A DNA stretch of 63,670 nt, counting the filler, from Octopus bimaculoides (taxonomy: Eukaryota), in assembly GCF_001194135.2 (NCBI RefSeq). It is 8 parts of 8 records of this genome, joined end to end, with 100 filler letters (N's around TTAATTAATTAA, not from the genome) between each part and the next. Parts side by side here need not be neighbours in the genome. Positions count along the whole stretch, not along the records: positions 6,916 to 21,041 come from NC_068989.1; positions 21,142 to 43,695 come from NC_069000.1; 6 more parts are not named here. One strand, 5' to 3'. The notes beneath the pieces were generated by a model. It was not told the DNA's origin and did no database searches. It worked only from the letters and a program-made list of their open reading frames with translations. Every line of letters begins with the position of its first letter. Within the stretch, counting starts at the first letter, position 1. Positions 10,143-24,692 of the stretch are shown in pieces. Both the position numbers and the translations under genes were made by a program.

Positions 10143-13100
10143 ACATGAAGTATAATTATAGAAAGTATATATCCGGAATGTGAAAATGTATAGTGCTGTT
10201 ATCGACATAGATAATTTAATCGTTTAATACATCAAAAATGGAATGTAAGGTAAGATAATGCATCTAGATAGTTGATCAGAATTGTTGTTTACACGTAAAT
10301 TGAAAAAAAAAAATTGAAAATGCAGTACAAAAACTTGTGAAGACAACAATCTAAAGAAACATCGCTTTTTGCTAGAAAATAAAATTAAAATAAATATATT
10401 TTTTAGTAGAACATTTCATAAACACACATCGCCAGTAAAAAAATAAATGATTAAGTAAGACTGGTCATTGCTTAGCGGTGGGAGAATAGAAATATGCACA
10501 AGTATGAGTGGGTATGTTGGTCTGTGAGTTTGTAAAGGTATATGAGGTGTGTTTAAAATGCAAAAATAAAAGTATGCAAATAAAAAATACATATAAAATA
10601 TAGGAAAGAAATTAAGGGTGTAGTCTAGTTATTAATGACTAATGGAGTTCATTAAGGTCACTTGGAACCGAAAGGTTGGAAAGCATAAAGTTAATAGATA
10701 ATACAAAGTAGATGTCTAGAAAAAAAGATAGCATAGCAATCAAAATAATTCCCTGTGAATTTATTTATTCATTTTACTTTAAACTATTGACCCGCTTTGT
10801 CTATTGCATGGTGAAAGCCATTTTCAGTGTATTTTATTCGAATTTTATTATGACTATCACGTTAATAGATTTAGTTTTGCTATTATTTTTGTTAGCCAGT
10901 ATCATTAACATGCCTCTATTCTGGTATTTGTTGAAGGGAACTAGTAATAATGGTACACCTCCCCTACATGCCAAATGGAATAACCTAGTCACTATAAATA
11001 AAGAGAAGTATGCGAAGTACTAGATTACGTAGTAGGCGGTCAGGGATAGTCGTGTATACCAAAGTATGTATGTATATGTATATATGTATGTATGTATGTA
11101 TGTATGTCTAAAACCATTATTTGATCGCAGGTAGCAAGAACAAAAATGCGTGTGGTATTATTTATTAATATACACATGAATAATGGTGGAAATGTTCTAT
11201 TTACAGAATAATTTATATCCATAGAATGCAAATCGGATCATTATGTAACGCAAAATGTGTAATGCATTCAATTCCTTGCTATTGCATCTATACCAAGTCC
11301 AAGTTAGCAAAACATTGAAAAGGTATATTCCCGTCGACAGTAGATGGAAAAATATTTGTGGAAGACAATTCTATGTGCATGATGCCTCTCCTTTAAATAT
11401 TGATATTTATTTTCTCTGTATTTTATATAAAAAAAAATGCATTACTTCCCTTTGTCTCATTCCATGAAAATATCGATCTTCTGAAAACATCTTTATGTTA
11501 GAAGAATGCATGTGCTACCAAAGTGTATACAGGCATGCCTAAACATTTAGTTCAACCAGCTTGAGTGCTTATATACTGGTTATACCTGAAAAGAGTAACA
11601 GCTTTTGAATTGTACCACTTGTCATAAGAGATTATATTTTCTATGACGTCATCGTGTACTTGCATTACGCAGTTTACGATATGAGATTTATGCACCAGGC
11701 AACATGTGAAAACTAATTCAGTTCCTTCACGTTTCGAAGTGTAGTACTGTGGTGAACGATGTAATGACAATTTTACATAATTGGCCTCCCAACTAATATA
11801 TAACAAAGCACACCGACGCAACACAAACAACACAAGCCTCATACGCAAAAATACGTACATACATACATACATACATATATATGTATACATATATGAAGAT
11901 GAAAAGAGAATGAGAAGTTTTGAGCAGACCTGATTATTCGTTGGTGGATCAACGAATCATCTAGCAATTGGCTCTATTTATCATTCATCGCGACTAAGAT
12001 AAATATATTGTAATAATATTAGATTATTGCCAAATATGCATACATAGATTTATCATTTCGGTGACTTGTGTTCATCATTGTCAGAAGAAAGCTGCTGCCT
12101 TCTCACTTGCCAATAATTAATTGTATTCTGAACATGATTATAAACAGTATATTGTATATATTCATTCAGAATTTGAAATACTACCAAGAGGAATAGACTT
12201 ATTTGTATTCCTATAATCATAGCGAACATGTGTGAGCTGCTTCACGGTACATTTTTAGCGCTTTTCCCCTTTCATGCGTTGCTGTTGGTGCTTGGCAAAT
12301 ACTCAAGTAATTTCGATAAAAGAACTTCAGAAATTCCTACTGGTGCGCGGAACTAATCTTCAGTTGAAAATTTAGTAAGAAATGAATTCTAAACTACACA
12401 GACTATATTGGGAAGCTGCCGACGATAAATTGGATTATCCTAACATTAAATCGCAAATCACACGACAATTACATACCATTATTATTTAGCTGTGTTATAA
12501 AGCAATATTGCAGCCAAGAGCGTTGAAGCTATATTTAAGAAAATATTTTAGATGATAAAGTGTATTCATGTTGTCGTTGTTATTATTTATTCTTAGATCA
12601 ATCTTGATAGAGTATGCCTTTGCTTAGAGACGTCCCAGCTGGGATTATACCACACTTTTTAAATGTGATCGACGAATGAAGTGCAGCAGAGTGGAGGACT
12701 TGTTACAGTATGGGGCACTTGTGGTATCTGTTCCAGCTATGTGTTCTGAGTTTTGTCTAAATACTAAGGAATAAGGAGAATCATGGGGTAACGCAGCCCA
12801 GTCTGTTATTGCTTACCATGGGCAGTTGGACTAGTATACAATTAAGAGGCAACGGTATACTAGGAGTTTAAATCAACAGTGGACTGAAAACAATTGAATT
12901 GATATCAGTCGAAAAGGGTAGCATTCAGGACCATGTTATTGTTTCGGGAGATGATGGCTACAAGTTATCCCCAGTCACGAACACATGAAAATTTGAGTCT
13001 ACTAAAAATAACTATAGGGCCAGGTGGCGCGGTTGAAGCGGTGGTTGATTGGAGCTTACCAATTGGGTAAATCCAACGCAATTGAAACGCGCCATATTGA

Positions 13101-13394
13101 ATATGACAGAAATATAGATTCATAATGTCTGAGGACTGAATAAATATTTGGATGTTAGTAATCTGAAATCAATATTAAAAGTTTGCTTTGATATTTCGAT
13201 ATTAATTGACAATCAAATAAATAAAACAGTTTTCATTAAAAATGGAAAATATTACAAACATGAAATGAAGCTTTTTAATTAGAAACATAAATAATAAATA
13301 AGCATATAATTCGTTGCAAATGACATATTAGATACTTCTTTTCCTCGTGGTATGTCTGTATATTTCACTTCAAAAGAGTATCACGAGGAAGACT

Positions 13395-13590
13395 CTGCTT
13401 GCTGAAAGTAGCAGGAAAATCTCTTACAAATAACAATTTATCATCTTAAAAAGAGTGAAAGGATATATTGTATATAACATAGTTCTACATATATTATAAG
13501 GATGGGATGGTCACGGCTTGATTATAAAAGGGCATGATCAGAGTTATCCTGAAGCTCAACACTGCCAACAATAGCATCAACAACCACTTA
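13395..13590 (+). mobile_element. Decayed interspersed repeat family H (SINE-like, (CAA)n-type tail)
   Basis: Similar to 49920-50118 (TGCT.GAAA.AGCAG..AAATCTC..ATCTTAAAAA..GG..GGTCA.GGCT..CAACAAC). Confidence 0.4.
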
Positions 13591-16500
13591 TCTTATTACG
13601 GAATTTCAGGGATTCTCTTTAAACTGCAGAGACATGGTTTGGAAGATTTTCAATGTAAAAAATAAATAAAATAAAAATAAATAAATAAAAAAAGACGAGA
13701 AAAACAAACAAACAAACATATTTAATCAATATCTGATGATGAGATGACCTTTCTCTTTTGCCTATTTTTAATGATTTACATTTGAAAAAAAGATATTCAA
13801 TTGAATGAAAGAACACATAGGGAGAATTAATACTATCTCAATCATCTCAGTAATCTCATCCAAATAATGATCATGGTAAAATATTACTGAGATATTCTTC
13901 TGGTATTTATTTTAATAAAATTAAAAATGATAACGAGACCAAAAGAATATAAACATTTGTATCGAAAATAACTGATCATTAACATTAGTTTATCAGAAGC
14001 ATGAATTTACGCCCTCTAGCCAGAAATAGATCATATCTTTAGTAAACGATAACATCACTAACCTATAAAAATAAAATAATGGAAATATGCATGTAAACAC
14101 TTTCATGAAACTATTAAATAGTGATAATAGCAATTCAAATAATTCATTGAAACGATAAAGAAGGAAAAAAGAAAAGAGAAAAAAATTGAAATTTGAATTT
14201 TTATGAGCAAACTTCATAATCTATATAAATGGTTTGTATGTATTGTAAGCTCATGCTAAGTTTCAATTCTATCTCACTCTCTCACACACAGAAACGCTCA
14301 CATGCACCCTTACATATATGCATAACTGCACGCACGCACGCACACACATACACACACACGCTCATACACGCACAAACACGCACACACACTCATTCACACA
14401 CGCATATACACACGCGCACACACGCTCACATACATACAAACACGCACACTGTTTACCACTGTTTATAAGCATCCTTAACTCAGCGGAAGATTATGAAAAG
14501 TGGAATACAAATTTATATGTATATATATATATATATATATNNNNNNNNNNNNNNNNNNNNNNNNNNNNNNNNNNNNNNNNNNNNNNNNNNNNNNNNNNNN
14601 NNNNNNNNNNNNNNNNNNNNNNNNNNNNNNNNNNNNNNNNNNNNNNNNNNNNNNNNNNNNNNNNNNNNNNNNNNNNNNNNNNNNNNNNNNNNNNNNNNNN
14701 NNNNNNNNNNNNNNNNNNNNNNNNNNNNNNNNNNNNNNNNNNNNNNNNNNNNNNNNNNNNNNNNNNNNNNNNNNNNNNNNNNNNNNNNNNNNNNNNNNNN
14801 NNNNNNNNNNNNNNNNNNNNNNNNNNNNNNNNNNNNNNNNNNNNNNNNNNNNNNNNNNNNNNNNNNNNNNNNNNNNNNNNNNNNNNNNNNNNNNNNNNNN
14901 NNNNNNNNNNNNNNNNNNNNNNNNNNNNNNNNNNNNNNNNNNNNNNNNNNNNNNNNNNNNNNNNNNNNNNNNNNNNNNNNNNNNNNNNNNNNNNNNNNNN
15001 NNNNNNNNNNNNNNNNNNNNNNNNNNNNNNNNNNNNNNNNNNNNNNNNNNNNNNNNNNNNNNNNNNNNNNNNNNNNNNNNNNNNNNNNNNNNNNNNNNNN
15101 NNNNNNNNNNNNNNNNNNNNNNNNNNNNNNNNNNNNNNNNNNNNNNNNNNNNNNNNNNNNNNNNNNNNNNNNNNNNNNNNNNNNNNNNNNNNNNNNNNNN
15201 NNNNNNNNNNNNNNNNNNNNNNNNNNNNNNNNNNNNNNNNNNNNNNNNNNNNNNNNNNNNNNNNNNNNNNNNNNNNNNNNNNNNNNNNNNNNNNNNNNNN
15301 NNNNNNNNNNNNNNNNNNNNNNNNNNNNNNNNNNNNNNNNNNNNNNNNNNNNNNNNNNNNNNNNNNNNNNNNNNNNNNNNNNNNNNNNNNNNNNNNNNNN
15401 NNNNNNNNNNNNNNNNNNNNNNNNNNNNNNNNNNNNNNNNNNNNNNNNNNNNNNNNNNNNNNNNNNNNNNNNNNNNNNNNNNNNNNNNNNNNNNNNNNNN
15501 NNNNNNNNNNNNNNNNNNNNNNTATATATATATATAATTTACATACTCATACATGCATATGTCACACGGTGTATCTTGAATAACGACTTTGAAAACTAAA
15601 ACGATGTTTTAATATCACCGAAATACAAAAAAAAAAAAATAATAATAAAAGACTTGGACAACAGATAAGAATATTAATCAAAACAGAAATTCAGTTGTGT
15701 AAAATATTACTAATTTACAATTTTTTCTAAATATTTGTCTGAATCCTGTCCAAATACACTAATTACTTTTTCTGTTATTTCTTGTCTAAGCATTAATCAT
15801 TATGCTGCACTAAATGAAGGACTTCTTTGTAACAGTATTACTTGGAAATGATGAAGTTAACTGATAACGGATATTTTTGTTTAAAACAAATTCCCGAGAT
15901 AATAATTCGAATCAACTTGAAAGAATTACCATTTGTTGTTTCAGTCTATTTATTTTCATGAGAAATCCGTCACACTTTTTACCAAAAGTTTAGTCCAATC
16001 TTTGCAGCAACTATTACGTTAAAGGCAGCAACAAAGTTAATAAACAATTGCAGAATACACTTGTAACAACAAAGCAATAATAGTAATGGTAACATCAGTT
16101 AAGGATTTCTCATATTTTGTGGGAAAGTAAATATCATTACGAACTCAGGTTGCTGACTGGCATTTACTTTATCTACTTCGAAAGAATGAATGGCTATATC
16201 AACTTGAGAAGGAGCTCAACTCAGGGCATAAAGTGAAGTGACTGAATATTACGCGGCATTTTATCCTGTCGCTCTACTTATTCTGCTTCTCCCACAGAAT
16301 AGCAGTGAGAATTGGTATACTGGATAATGTCTGAAATATACTATAGATGTCAAATAGACTAGATAATACGACTGGGATGTCTTGATCTTATGTCTTATCA
16401 GCAACAGAAAGAAATCCTCCATATTTTACATAACAGCTTGCATTGCGAGACCCTCTTCAGATAATGATCATGAAAGTTTAGGCACATTCCAGCGGTGCCA

Positions 16501-19500
16501 AGCATCACAAGTGCTACCAAGAATGTCTAGATTCTTTAGTTTTCGCTGCTGAACTGTATTCCCTCCTCCCTCTCGTTGCTGTTGTAAACACTACACACAA
16601 GTAGCACTTTCTGTGTATTGAGAAACGGTACAGAAACAGTCCTGTGTCGCTTTTCCTAATAAACGTCTTACCTACGTAAACCGCTATCAGTTTCATTGAG
16701 TTCTGTTTTATCTGAATTATTTTCTTTCATTCTGATGAATCATTCGTTTTCAACCTTAGTTTTTTCTCTTGAAACATAAACTTACATTGTAATGAGGCGG
16801 TATAGTTGGTAATTATTTCTTATTTTGTGTTAGAAATCTGTGGAAACAGTAAATTGTGGAAGTAAACATAGCTGACTTCATTAGTTATTACAGCAAAAAT
16901 GAACATGCATAGAGGAAAACGAAACGCGTAACTATATGATTGTGGAAAATGAGAACAAGAAAATGTGTGTATATATTTTTAATTAGAAATTCATTTTGAC
17001 AAGAGATCTATTCCTGCTGAATTTACAAAGCAATTATTGCAGGTATCAACATCTGCTACATATTGTGTGGCTTCCAAGGTTCAAAAATGACTAAAGCTAC
17101 TCTATGAACTTATTTTCCTGTGATCCTATGAAGAATTCGATTGGTCACAATTAAATTACCAGAGTACTATTTAGAGGTTTTATAAAAGGAACTCTGTATA
17201 AACAGTATGTCGTTAGTCGCTGTACAAACAGCTGTGTTGACTATTTTCTTCTGAGCGTGTAAATTATTTTTATGTATTTAGTAATACACAATTGATCAGC
17301 GCTATAGAGTTATGTGAATTAAACAAGCGAGATGAATCATCCCGAATATACTACTTAACACTGACATATTTTACCACAAGTTGTCTCCTCGAGAGCCAAA
17401 CAAAATATAATTGTTGACATCTCGAATGATTGCTTCCTCGTATAAATAATAACTGTCTTAAAAAGGTAGTAAAATACATCTTCGGTTTGCTCAACTGGGG
17501 AAATAAAGTTTGTGGAACTTAGATGCATATCAGAAGCTATTTTGTAGACAAACACACATGAATCTTCGTAGTATAATGTTAGTAAATTTTGACGAAGTAT
17601 TTAATCATTGACAATGTACAACGACTCAGAAAGCAGTCGAAGGTATGACTTTATGTGAGTTAACAGAACAAAGTGAATGGAATTCAATTGTACTACATAA
17701 CGCAAACGGGATATTTACCACTAGATACCTCCCTCACCCATATATATATATATACACACGTATTATGTTTTCATAATCAGGGAAAGGGGGCGGCGCCTAA
17801 CGCCGGTAAATGAAGGGAGTGTTAGATGGGTGGATAGTATCAAGTGGGTATGAACAAAAAAACTGTGTGTCTCGCAATTGACCATAGTAGATCACATCTC
17901 TTACCGTTGCAATGTACATTTGTATTGAGAGGCCCAGATGCTGAAGTGAAGCGCGTACGTGTGTCACTGTGTGTCTGCGTGTGGTCAGTGCAAACGGTTA
18001 ACATCTAAAATAATTAACATTGAAGCTTTCACACTGCTAGGCTTTATAAACTGTTTAGATCTGATTATTAGAAATTAGAGATACTAAATATACCTCTACA
18101 TATTGACACAGTCTACAACCGAGAGACCTGCTCAAGTCAGTCAGAGAGCCTCTGAGGGGTTACTCGATTTACTAGCAATAGAAGATATATCTTTCTTTAA
18201 TTTCACCTTATCTAAAAAAAAAAGAGAGAAAATAGGGGGAGGGATGCTTTTCTGTTAAGAATGCGTTTAAAAAGGAAAAGTTGGTTAAGTCATAACTGGA
18301 AAGCTTTCGATTATGGCTATTCTTACTCCTTCTTGATCTGTTGCTAAAAACGACTATTACAAGCATCAGCAAAAAAACACCACGACAATAACAGCAACAA
18401 TAGCGCAATATCAACTTTCGGCGAATATTTGCTGCCAGGTGTTGATGTCAACGAATATATAATAATTTCTGAAATATGTTCATATTTTAATTCTTCTTGT
18501 GCAATTATTTTTACATTAGCATCAATGACCTCTCAATAGTTTCGTTCCATCTCTATACAGCTGCAGCGATGTATAATCATAACTTCTGTGGAAATCTTTA
18601 CTAGATTTCCCTTTGATAATTTGTGCGTAACGTAAAGAGTCTAATATTGATGTCATGAACTATACCATCTACAACGACTCATTTATTACTTTAAATATTT
18701 ACAAGTAATTGAAAATATGACTAACACACTTCATATATTAATATTCAAGTCTCTGCCAATAGAATTTGTTTGGTTTACGATATTTAACTCAAATGTATGT
18801 GACATAAAATATGATATATTGCTTTCTTACGAGGTAACCACATCAATTTCCGTATGTGTGTGTTATAGTCAATTTAACAGACTACAATATACTAATATTA
18901 ATTATTTTTATCGATGGAAGAAAGATGAAAGGTCAACATTGAATTTGAAATTCACAGGATAAGTTACATACAATGTAACGTATCAAGTACGTCTTTCACT
19001 TCTATCTAATTCATGTTAGTAAATTTACATCAGTGGTTGACTTAAATTACATTATATTCACAAATAATTTAGTTTTACTTTAGCAAATTTTGGAAAAAAA
19101 AAAACATGATTGAAATGAAATTCAATATCTATTTTATAGAAGTCTGAGAAAGGTGACAAAAACTAGGATGCAATTCAAAGAACTTTTCTCCTTGTGACAA
19201 CGACGGTCTTGTCATTTGAACCTTAAATCATTATGTTGTTCGGGAACAATAACGTCCTCTAATAATTAGCCACAATATATGGGTTGCTTTCTAAGGAAAC
19301 GTATTTGTGCTCATAAAAATTTCATACATGACATCCTCGGTTTATATTTCATAGATGCAGAGAACTTTATTGAAATGAGACTTGTTAATTGAGCGTTTAT
19401 AATCTTCAAGGGATTATTGAAAACAATTGGACTTTGTCACACGAACACAGAAACGGAATAACACGGTACTTCATCACTGAAGCTTGTTCTTCTTGATGAA

Positions 19501-19904
19501 GATAACTCGTGATGTTTCTTGTTAAATATTGTCCTTCTACCGCTTTGCATCCTTCATTGGTTGCCTCCCCTTGAAGACTTCCCTGCTGAAGCATTTATTC
19601 AACGAATTTACGTTATGTGGCATAGATTCAAACTTCTAATCTATTATGTGTTTATATGAGTAGCTCGTCTTGCATGTATATTAATCGCGATAATGTAGGA
19701 AGATCAGATATCACTTTAATGAGTTTACAATCCACGCGGTGAGAATGTGATATTGCAGCTGATTACTCGACTTGGGTTAAGTAAACTATCTAATGTGTAA
19801 ATAATTTAACGGGTAGAATCACCTGTTACTAATTTAATAGACACTATGACATGAAACGGCGATTGGCAGCATGTACGAATGCCTTGTATCAGTATATTTT
19901 ATCC

Positions 19905-20085
19905 TTATCTTTTATCGTTTACTTGTTTCAGTCATTAGACAGTGGTCATGCTGGAGCACTGCCTTGAAGAAATGTTAGTCGAACAAATTGATCCTAGTAC
20001 TTATGTTTTTAAAGCCTGATACTTTTCCCGAACTGCTAAATTATGGGGCGTAAATGCACCAACAAAGTGATGTTGGGGGACATAT
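19905..20085 (-). mobile_element. SINE family A, tail half, decayed
   Basis: CTTGTTTCAGTCATT..CATGCTGGAGCAC.GCCTT matches 22805-22990 and 53140-53340. Confidence 0.7.
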
Positions 20086-20214
20086 ATGTATATATATATA
20101 TATGCACTATATGCATATATATGCGTATATATATATGTATATATGTACATATATATGTATATATGTAAATATATATATATGTATGTATATATATACATGT
20201 ATATATACATATGC

Positions 20215-20305
<91 letters not shown>

Positions 20306-20834
20306 TTCAACAGCGTCGCTCGGGCTCACCACAGATTTCGCATAACATACATGCCTGCTCGAAGAATTTCCCGTTTTTCCGCAATATTTCTAGCCCCAAA
20401 TGGCTTATTTATTTTATATCTAGCACTATGTCATTCTCCATTTCTAACTTAAGAGTGAAAACAAACCAACCCTGCAAATCACAACTGATCTTTACACGCA
20501 GTCGCACAGAATAATAGCAATCAAATCATTGTGGAATGCACAACGAATATCAGCAATCTGACTGTTGCCTATACTCTTGACAAGAGATGTCAGTTAGTCT
20601 TTTACACCTACCAGGCTCGTTCGTATTAGCCCGAATTGCTGGATAATCTTTCGATCTTTTAAGAATATTGCAGAAGGGAAACGTTTCATAGAATGTATTT
20701 TAAATCCTAATCTCTAAAGAAATTTATTGTTTCAAGAAAACATTGCATTTGAATTAACTTTTAATTTTTACGATTATAGAAAAAACTCGGGCTGTATCGT
20801 CTGAGCGTGTGTGAACGATGTCGGGAGAACTTCC

Positions 20835-21041
20835 ATTACAAATGATATTTTTTGTTAGTGGAAGTGCAGGTGAAGGAGTCGGTGATGCGATAGGGTTGGT
20901 GATGGGTGCTGGTGAGGAGGGTGGTGTTGGAGAGGTAAGGGTAAGTGCGGCAGCGTGGGCGGGAGCAAGGGAACGAGCCAGGTTGGGAGGTTGGGTTGGG
21001 GAAGAAGCTGTGGACCAAAAGGTCTCGTAGGTTATGGGCTC
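20835..21041 (-). pseudogene. Penelope-like element fragment: Cys-rich linker leading into the GIY-YIG endonuclease
   Basis: RAHNLRDLLVHSFFPNPTSQPGSFPCSRPRCRTYPYL...YRITDSFTCTSTN fits PLE NL.D.LV...G.FPC...C.TC...FTC.S.N. Confidence 0.75.
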
Positions 21042-21357
21042 NNNNNNNNNNNNNNNNNNNNNNNNNNNNNNNNNNNNNNNNNNNNTTAATTAATTAANNN
21101 NNNNNNNNNNNNNNNNNNNNNNNNNNNNNNNNNNNNNNNNNTATATATATATATATATGTATATATTTCTATATTTCTATGGCTGTGGAGGTAGGGTTTG
21201 TGCTGTATGTCAGAAGAATAAATGATGGATAGATGAATAAATGATAAATGGACAAGACGGAAAGTTTGTTAGATGAATAGATACATTTAGAAGGATAGAC
21301 AGACAGATAAATAAATTAACCGTTAGATAGAAAATATAGATAGAAAGATAGACAGAC

Positions 21358-21426
<69 letters not shown>

Positions 21427-21738
21427 TGCATTTATACATGCATGCGTAAATATATACTTGAGAATAGCAAAAAGAAGGTGATACAGACGACAGGAACAGT
21501 CGACGCCTTTCGAACACCTTTCGTTTGTTTTACGTTTTGACTCAAAATCTCATTAATTCAAGTTTGACAAATGTGAGGTAAAAAATAAAACCGTTGATCG
21601 ATCTGATGCTTGTTTACGTGTCCTGTGTTCGAATTCGTTCGTCTCACACAAATCATAGACTCCGAACGATCAGCCGTATGTTTCCAGGTTTCTCTGAAAC
21701 GTAGGGAATGCTAATCTGAATTACAGTGATAAATCACT

Positions 21739-21856
21739 AGGCCTGAAATTTGAGGGGAAGGTGATGGTCGATCACGTCGACCCCAGTGTTTCGACCTCGA
21801 CGGAATTTGAACTCAGCTACTTGCACGTTAACGATTCTGCCAGCTCGCCGCCTTAG
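21739..21856 (-). mobile_element. SINE family D, internally deleted
   Basis: CGACCTCGACGGAATTTGAACTCAG..AACGATTCTGCCAGCTCGCCGCCTTA. Confidence 0.7.
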
Positions 21857-22440
21857 AGCCACATTCACAATACGACTGTCTGTCTTTGTCTCTGCATGTC
21901 TACATATCTGCTGCTCTCTCTCTCTCTCTGTGCCACCGTCTCTCGGTCTGTTCGTCTCTCTCTCTTTCTCTCTATCTATCATGTAGCTATCTTCCTTTGT
22001 CTCTTTCTCTTTATTTCTGTCTCTCTGTACCTCCCTCCCTATGTCCCACTTCCTCCCGCTTTGCCCCTCTGACTGTTTCTCTCCGTTTCTATCCATCTTC
22101 TTCGCTTTTTCTCCTTCTCTCTCTCCTTCTCCGCCTGAGACCAACTACAGAATTACTAAATGATAAAATAATGGATGACCACTGTCAGGATAAAACATAC
22201 ACAACTGGCTCTGTACAACTGTATACGAAGAAACAACACTACAAGCGGTTATCTAAAAGATTGTTAGCGAATTCAGAAGCAAAGTTTTTAAATACGAAGG
22301 CGGAAAATCTACAACTTTATCAAAAGGGGACAGGAATACCTCAGTGAACAGTTAGAGCGGTGAAAAATACTTACCCCCCCCCCCCCAGCGATTATGTTGA
22401 ATACAATACAGCGACGTTCGATATTCTGTTTTCTTTTATT

Positions 22441-22790
22441 GTAGAGGCGCTATGGCCCAGTGGTAAGGGCAGCGGACACGCGGTCGTAGGATCGCGGGTC
22501 CGATTCCTAGACCTGGCGTTGTGAGTGTTTATTGAGCGATAACACCTCAAGCTCCGCAAGGCTCCGGCAGGGGGTTGGGGGGGTAGTGACCACTGCTGCG
22601 CTCTTTCACCACAACTTTCTCTCACTCTTTCTTCCTGTTTCTGTTGTACCTCTATTTCAAAGGGGCCAAGCTTGTCACACTCTGTGCCACGCTGAATCTC
22701 CCCGAGAACTACATTAATGGCACACGTGTCGGTGAAGTGCTCAGTTACTTGCACGGTAATTTCCCGAGCAGGTAACCGACGGAGTGCTAC
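22441..22790 (+). mobile_element. tRNA-derived SINE family C1
   Basis: GAGGCGCTATGGCCCAGTGGTAAGGGCAGCGGACACGCGGTCGTAGGATCGCGGGTCCGATTCC head; homologous to 1022-1401. Confidence 0.85.
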
Positions 22791-22804
22791 AATTCTTTTA
22801 TGCT

Positions 22805-23195
22805 TTTTTTCTGTTTCAGTCATGCTGGAGCACCGCCTTTAGTCGAGCAAATCGAAATCAGGACTTATTCTTTGTAATCCTAGTACTTATTCTATCGGTA
22901 CTTTTGTCGAACCGCTAAGTTACGGGGACGTAAACCCAGTAACATCGGTTGTCAAGCGATAGCGGCGGACAAACACAGACGCACAGACGCACAAACACAC
23001 ACACACATACATACATATATATACATATATATGACGGGCTTCTTTCAGTTTCCGTCTAACAAATCCAGTCACAATGCTTTGGTCGGCCCGAAGCTATAGT
23101 AGAAGACTTTTGCTTAAGGTGCCACGCAGTAGGACTGAACTCGAAACCAAGTGGTTGGTAAGTAAGCTACTTACTACACAGCCACTGCTGCGCCT
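22805..23195 (-). mobile_element. SINE family A, full length with internal CA/TA microsatellite
   Basis: Both the head half (23035-23195) and the tail half (22805-22980) are present. Confidence 0.85.
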
Positions 23196-23356
23196 AGAAA
23201 ATATAAAATAAAAAAAACTGAAATATACAGAAAGAAAACGCAAAACAGAATGAATATCAGTAAAGAAATCGCCAAGCATGCGCATTAGGTTGACTGAGTT
23301 AACGAATGAATAAATGATAACCAGTGTTGTCTTTAATGAATAAAAAGAAAACTAGT

Positions 23357-23515
23357 TTTAATTAAGGAGGAGGCGATTAGGCAACGGACGACAAATTACA
23401 AAATGTCCTTAAAACTTAGTGATAGAAAACAAGTTTTAATGAAGGAGGAGGCGATTAGGCAACGGATAATGAATTTACAGAATGTCCTTAAAACTTAGTA
23501 ATAGAAAACGAAAAC
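23357..23515. repeat. Tandem duplication of an ~78-bp unit
   Basis: TTTTAAT.AAGGAGGAGGCGATTAGGCAACGGA...AATGTCCTTAAAACTTAGT.ATAGAAAAC occurs twice. Confidence 0.9.
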
Positions 23516-24104
23516 GGAAAGAAAGACGGGTTTTTAAAAATCATTGAGTTAAACAGAAGATGGCCAAATATTGAATATGTTGAGTTAATGTATCAGAATT
23601 TAAAAATAGGACAAGCAGAATGTAAATCCTTCTTAGAGAAGCCAAAGAAATTAAAAATTTTAAATGAAAAGATAAACCTAATGAATTTATAGCAAATATG
23701 GACATATTGGAAAAAAGAAAAAAGAAATAATTATTGTCTAACAATTGATACCACCTGAAACTAAACTAGCGTGAAAACCAATATTATTTACTAAAGCAAT
23801 ATACTGTAATAATATGGTGTCAGTGATCTTTTCTGTTTATTCAAGATTTTTGCTTTTAAATTGTGTGTATAGATGCGGGGGCAAAAAATAAAATACACGT
23901 GGCACTCAACACATCTGACAGGCGTTACATGTATATTTCATAACAGTTCGACTCAAACATGACTTCAAATTTCATTGGCGCGTGGGACTAATATGTCTCA
24001 AAACAATTTGGAAGATTTCTGATGAAATGGTCTGGTCATATAATTTTAAACCAAACTGACGATGAGTCACGTTGTTCCATACATACATTAATGCATACAT
24101 ACAT

Positions 24105-24625
24105 AGAGAAGAGGAACTGTGCACAGTTGAGGAAATTAGCAGCCCAGTGGATGTTAACATAAAGCCGAAGATCAGTGAAAGAGAGAACACTTATGCTTAA
24201 CTATACAGAAATCTGCAGTTACTCTATCCAGATTACAATTTCAGGTTTATAGCTGTAATTACTGAGACCCCGGGATATGTAACACACCCCCTAAATGCCA
24301 ATCTTGAGAACTTGGGCTTCTCAGGACCAGAAAGGAGAAAGCTAATTCAAAGACTACAGATCCAATCCATCACTGGAACTCTAAAAATCTGTAACACTTT
24401 CCAGAAGTTTATCATTTAAATATATATGTCTAGATATGTAACTATATGCATGAGAATACATACACAAAACATACAAATCTGCACATGCATACGTACGCAC
24501 ATACATACATACATACATACATACATACATACATACATACATACAAAAATATCCTGTTGCCGATCTAGGTTAGAAACCGGTTCTTTCTCTATTGATAATA
24601 AATCTTGAAACAAACTGAATGATGG
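24105..24625 (+). mobile_element. 5'-truncated R4/Dong-like LINE with part of the restriction-like endonuclease domain
   Basis: ELCTVEEISSPVDVNIKPKISERENTYA*LYRNLQLLYPDYNFRFIAVITETPGYVTHPLNANLENLGFSGPERRKLIQRLQIQSITGTLKICNTFQKFII*; CATACATAC on both flanks. Confidence 0.8.
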
Positions 24626-24692
24626 CATACATACATATATTCCAACAGGAATTCATCATGTGGAATTTTAACTGAACTTTACCACAAAGAGT

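Noticed and set aside
19150-19600. Possible decayed mariner/Tc1 transposase on the minus strand
   Set aside because: Only vague similarity; no diagnostic motif could be read with confidence
22370-22386. ATACTTACC (U1 snRNA 5' end-like)
   Set aside because: Only a 9-mer followed by poly-C, with no U1 body
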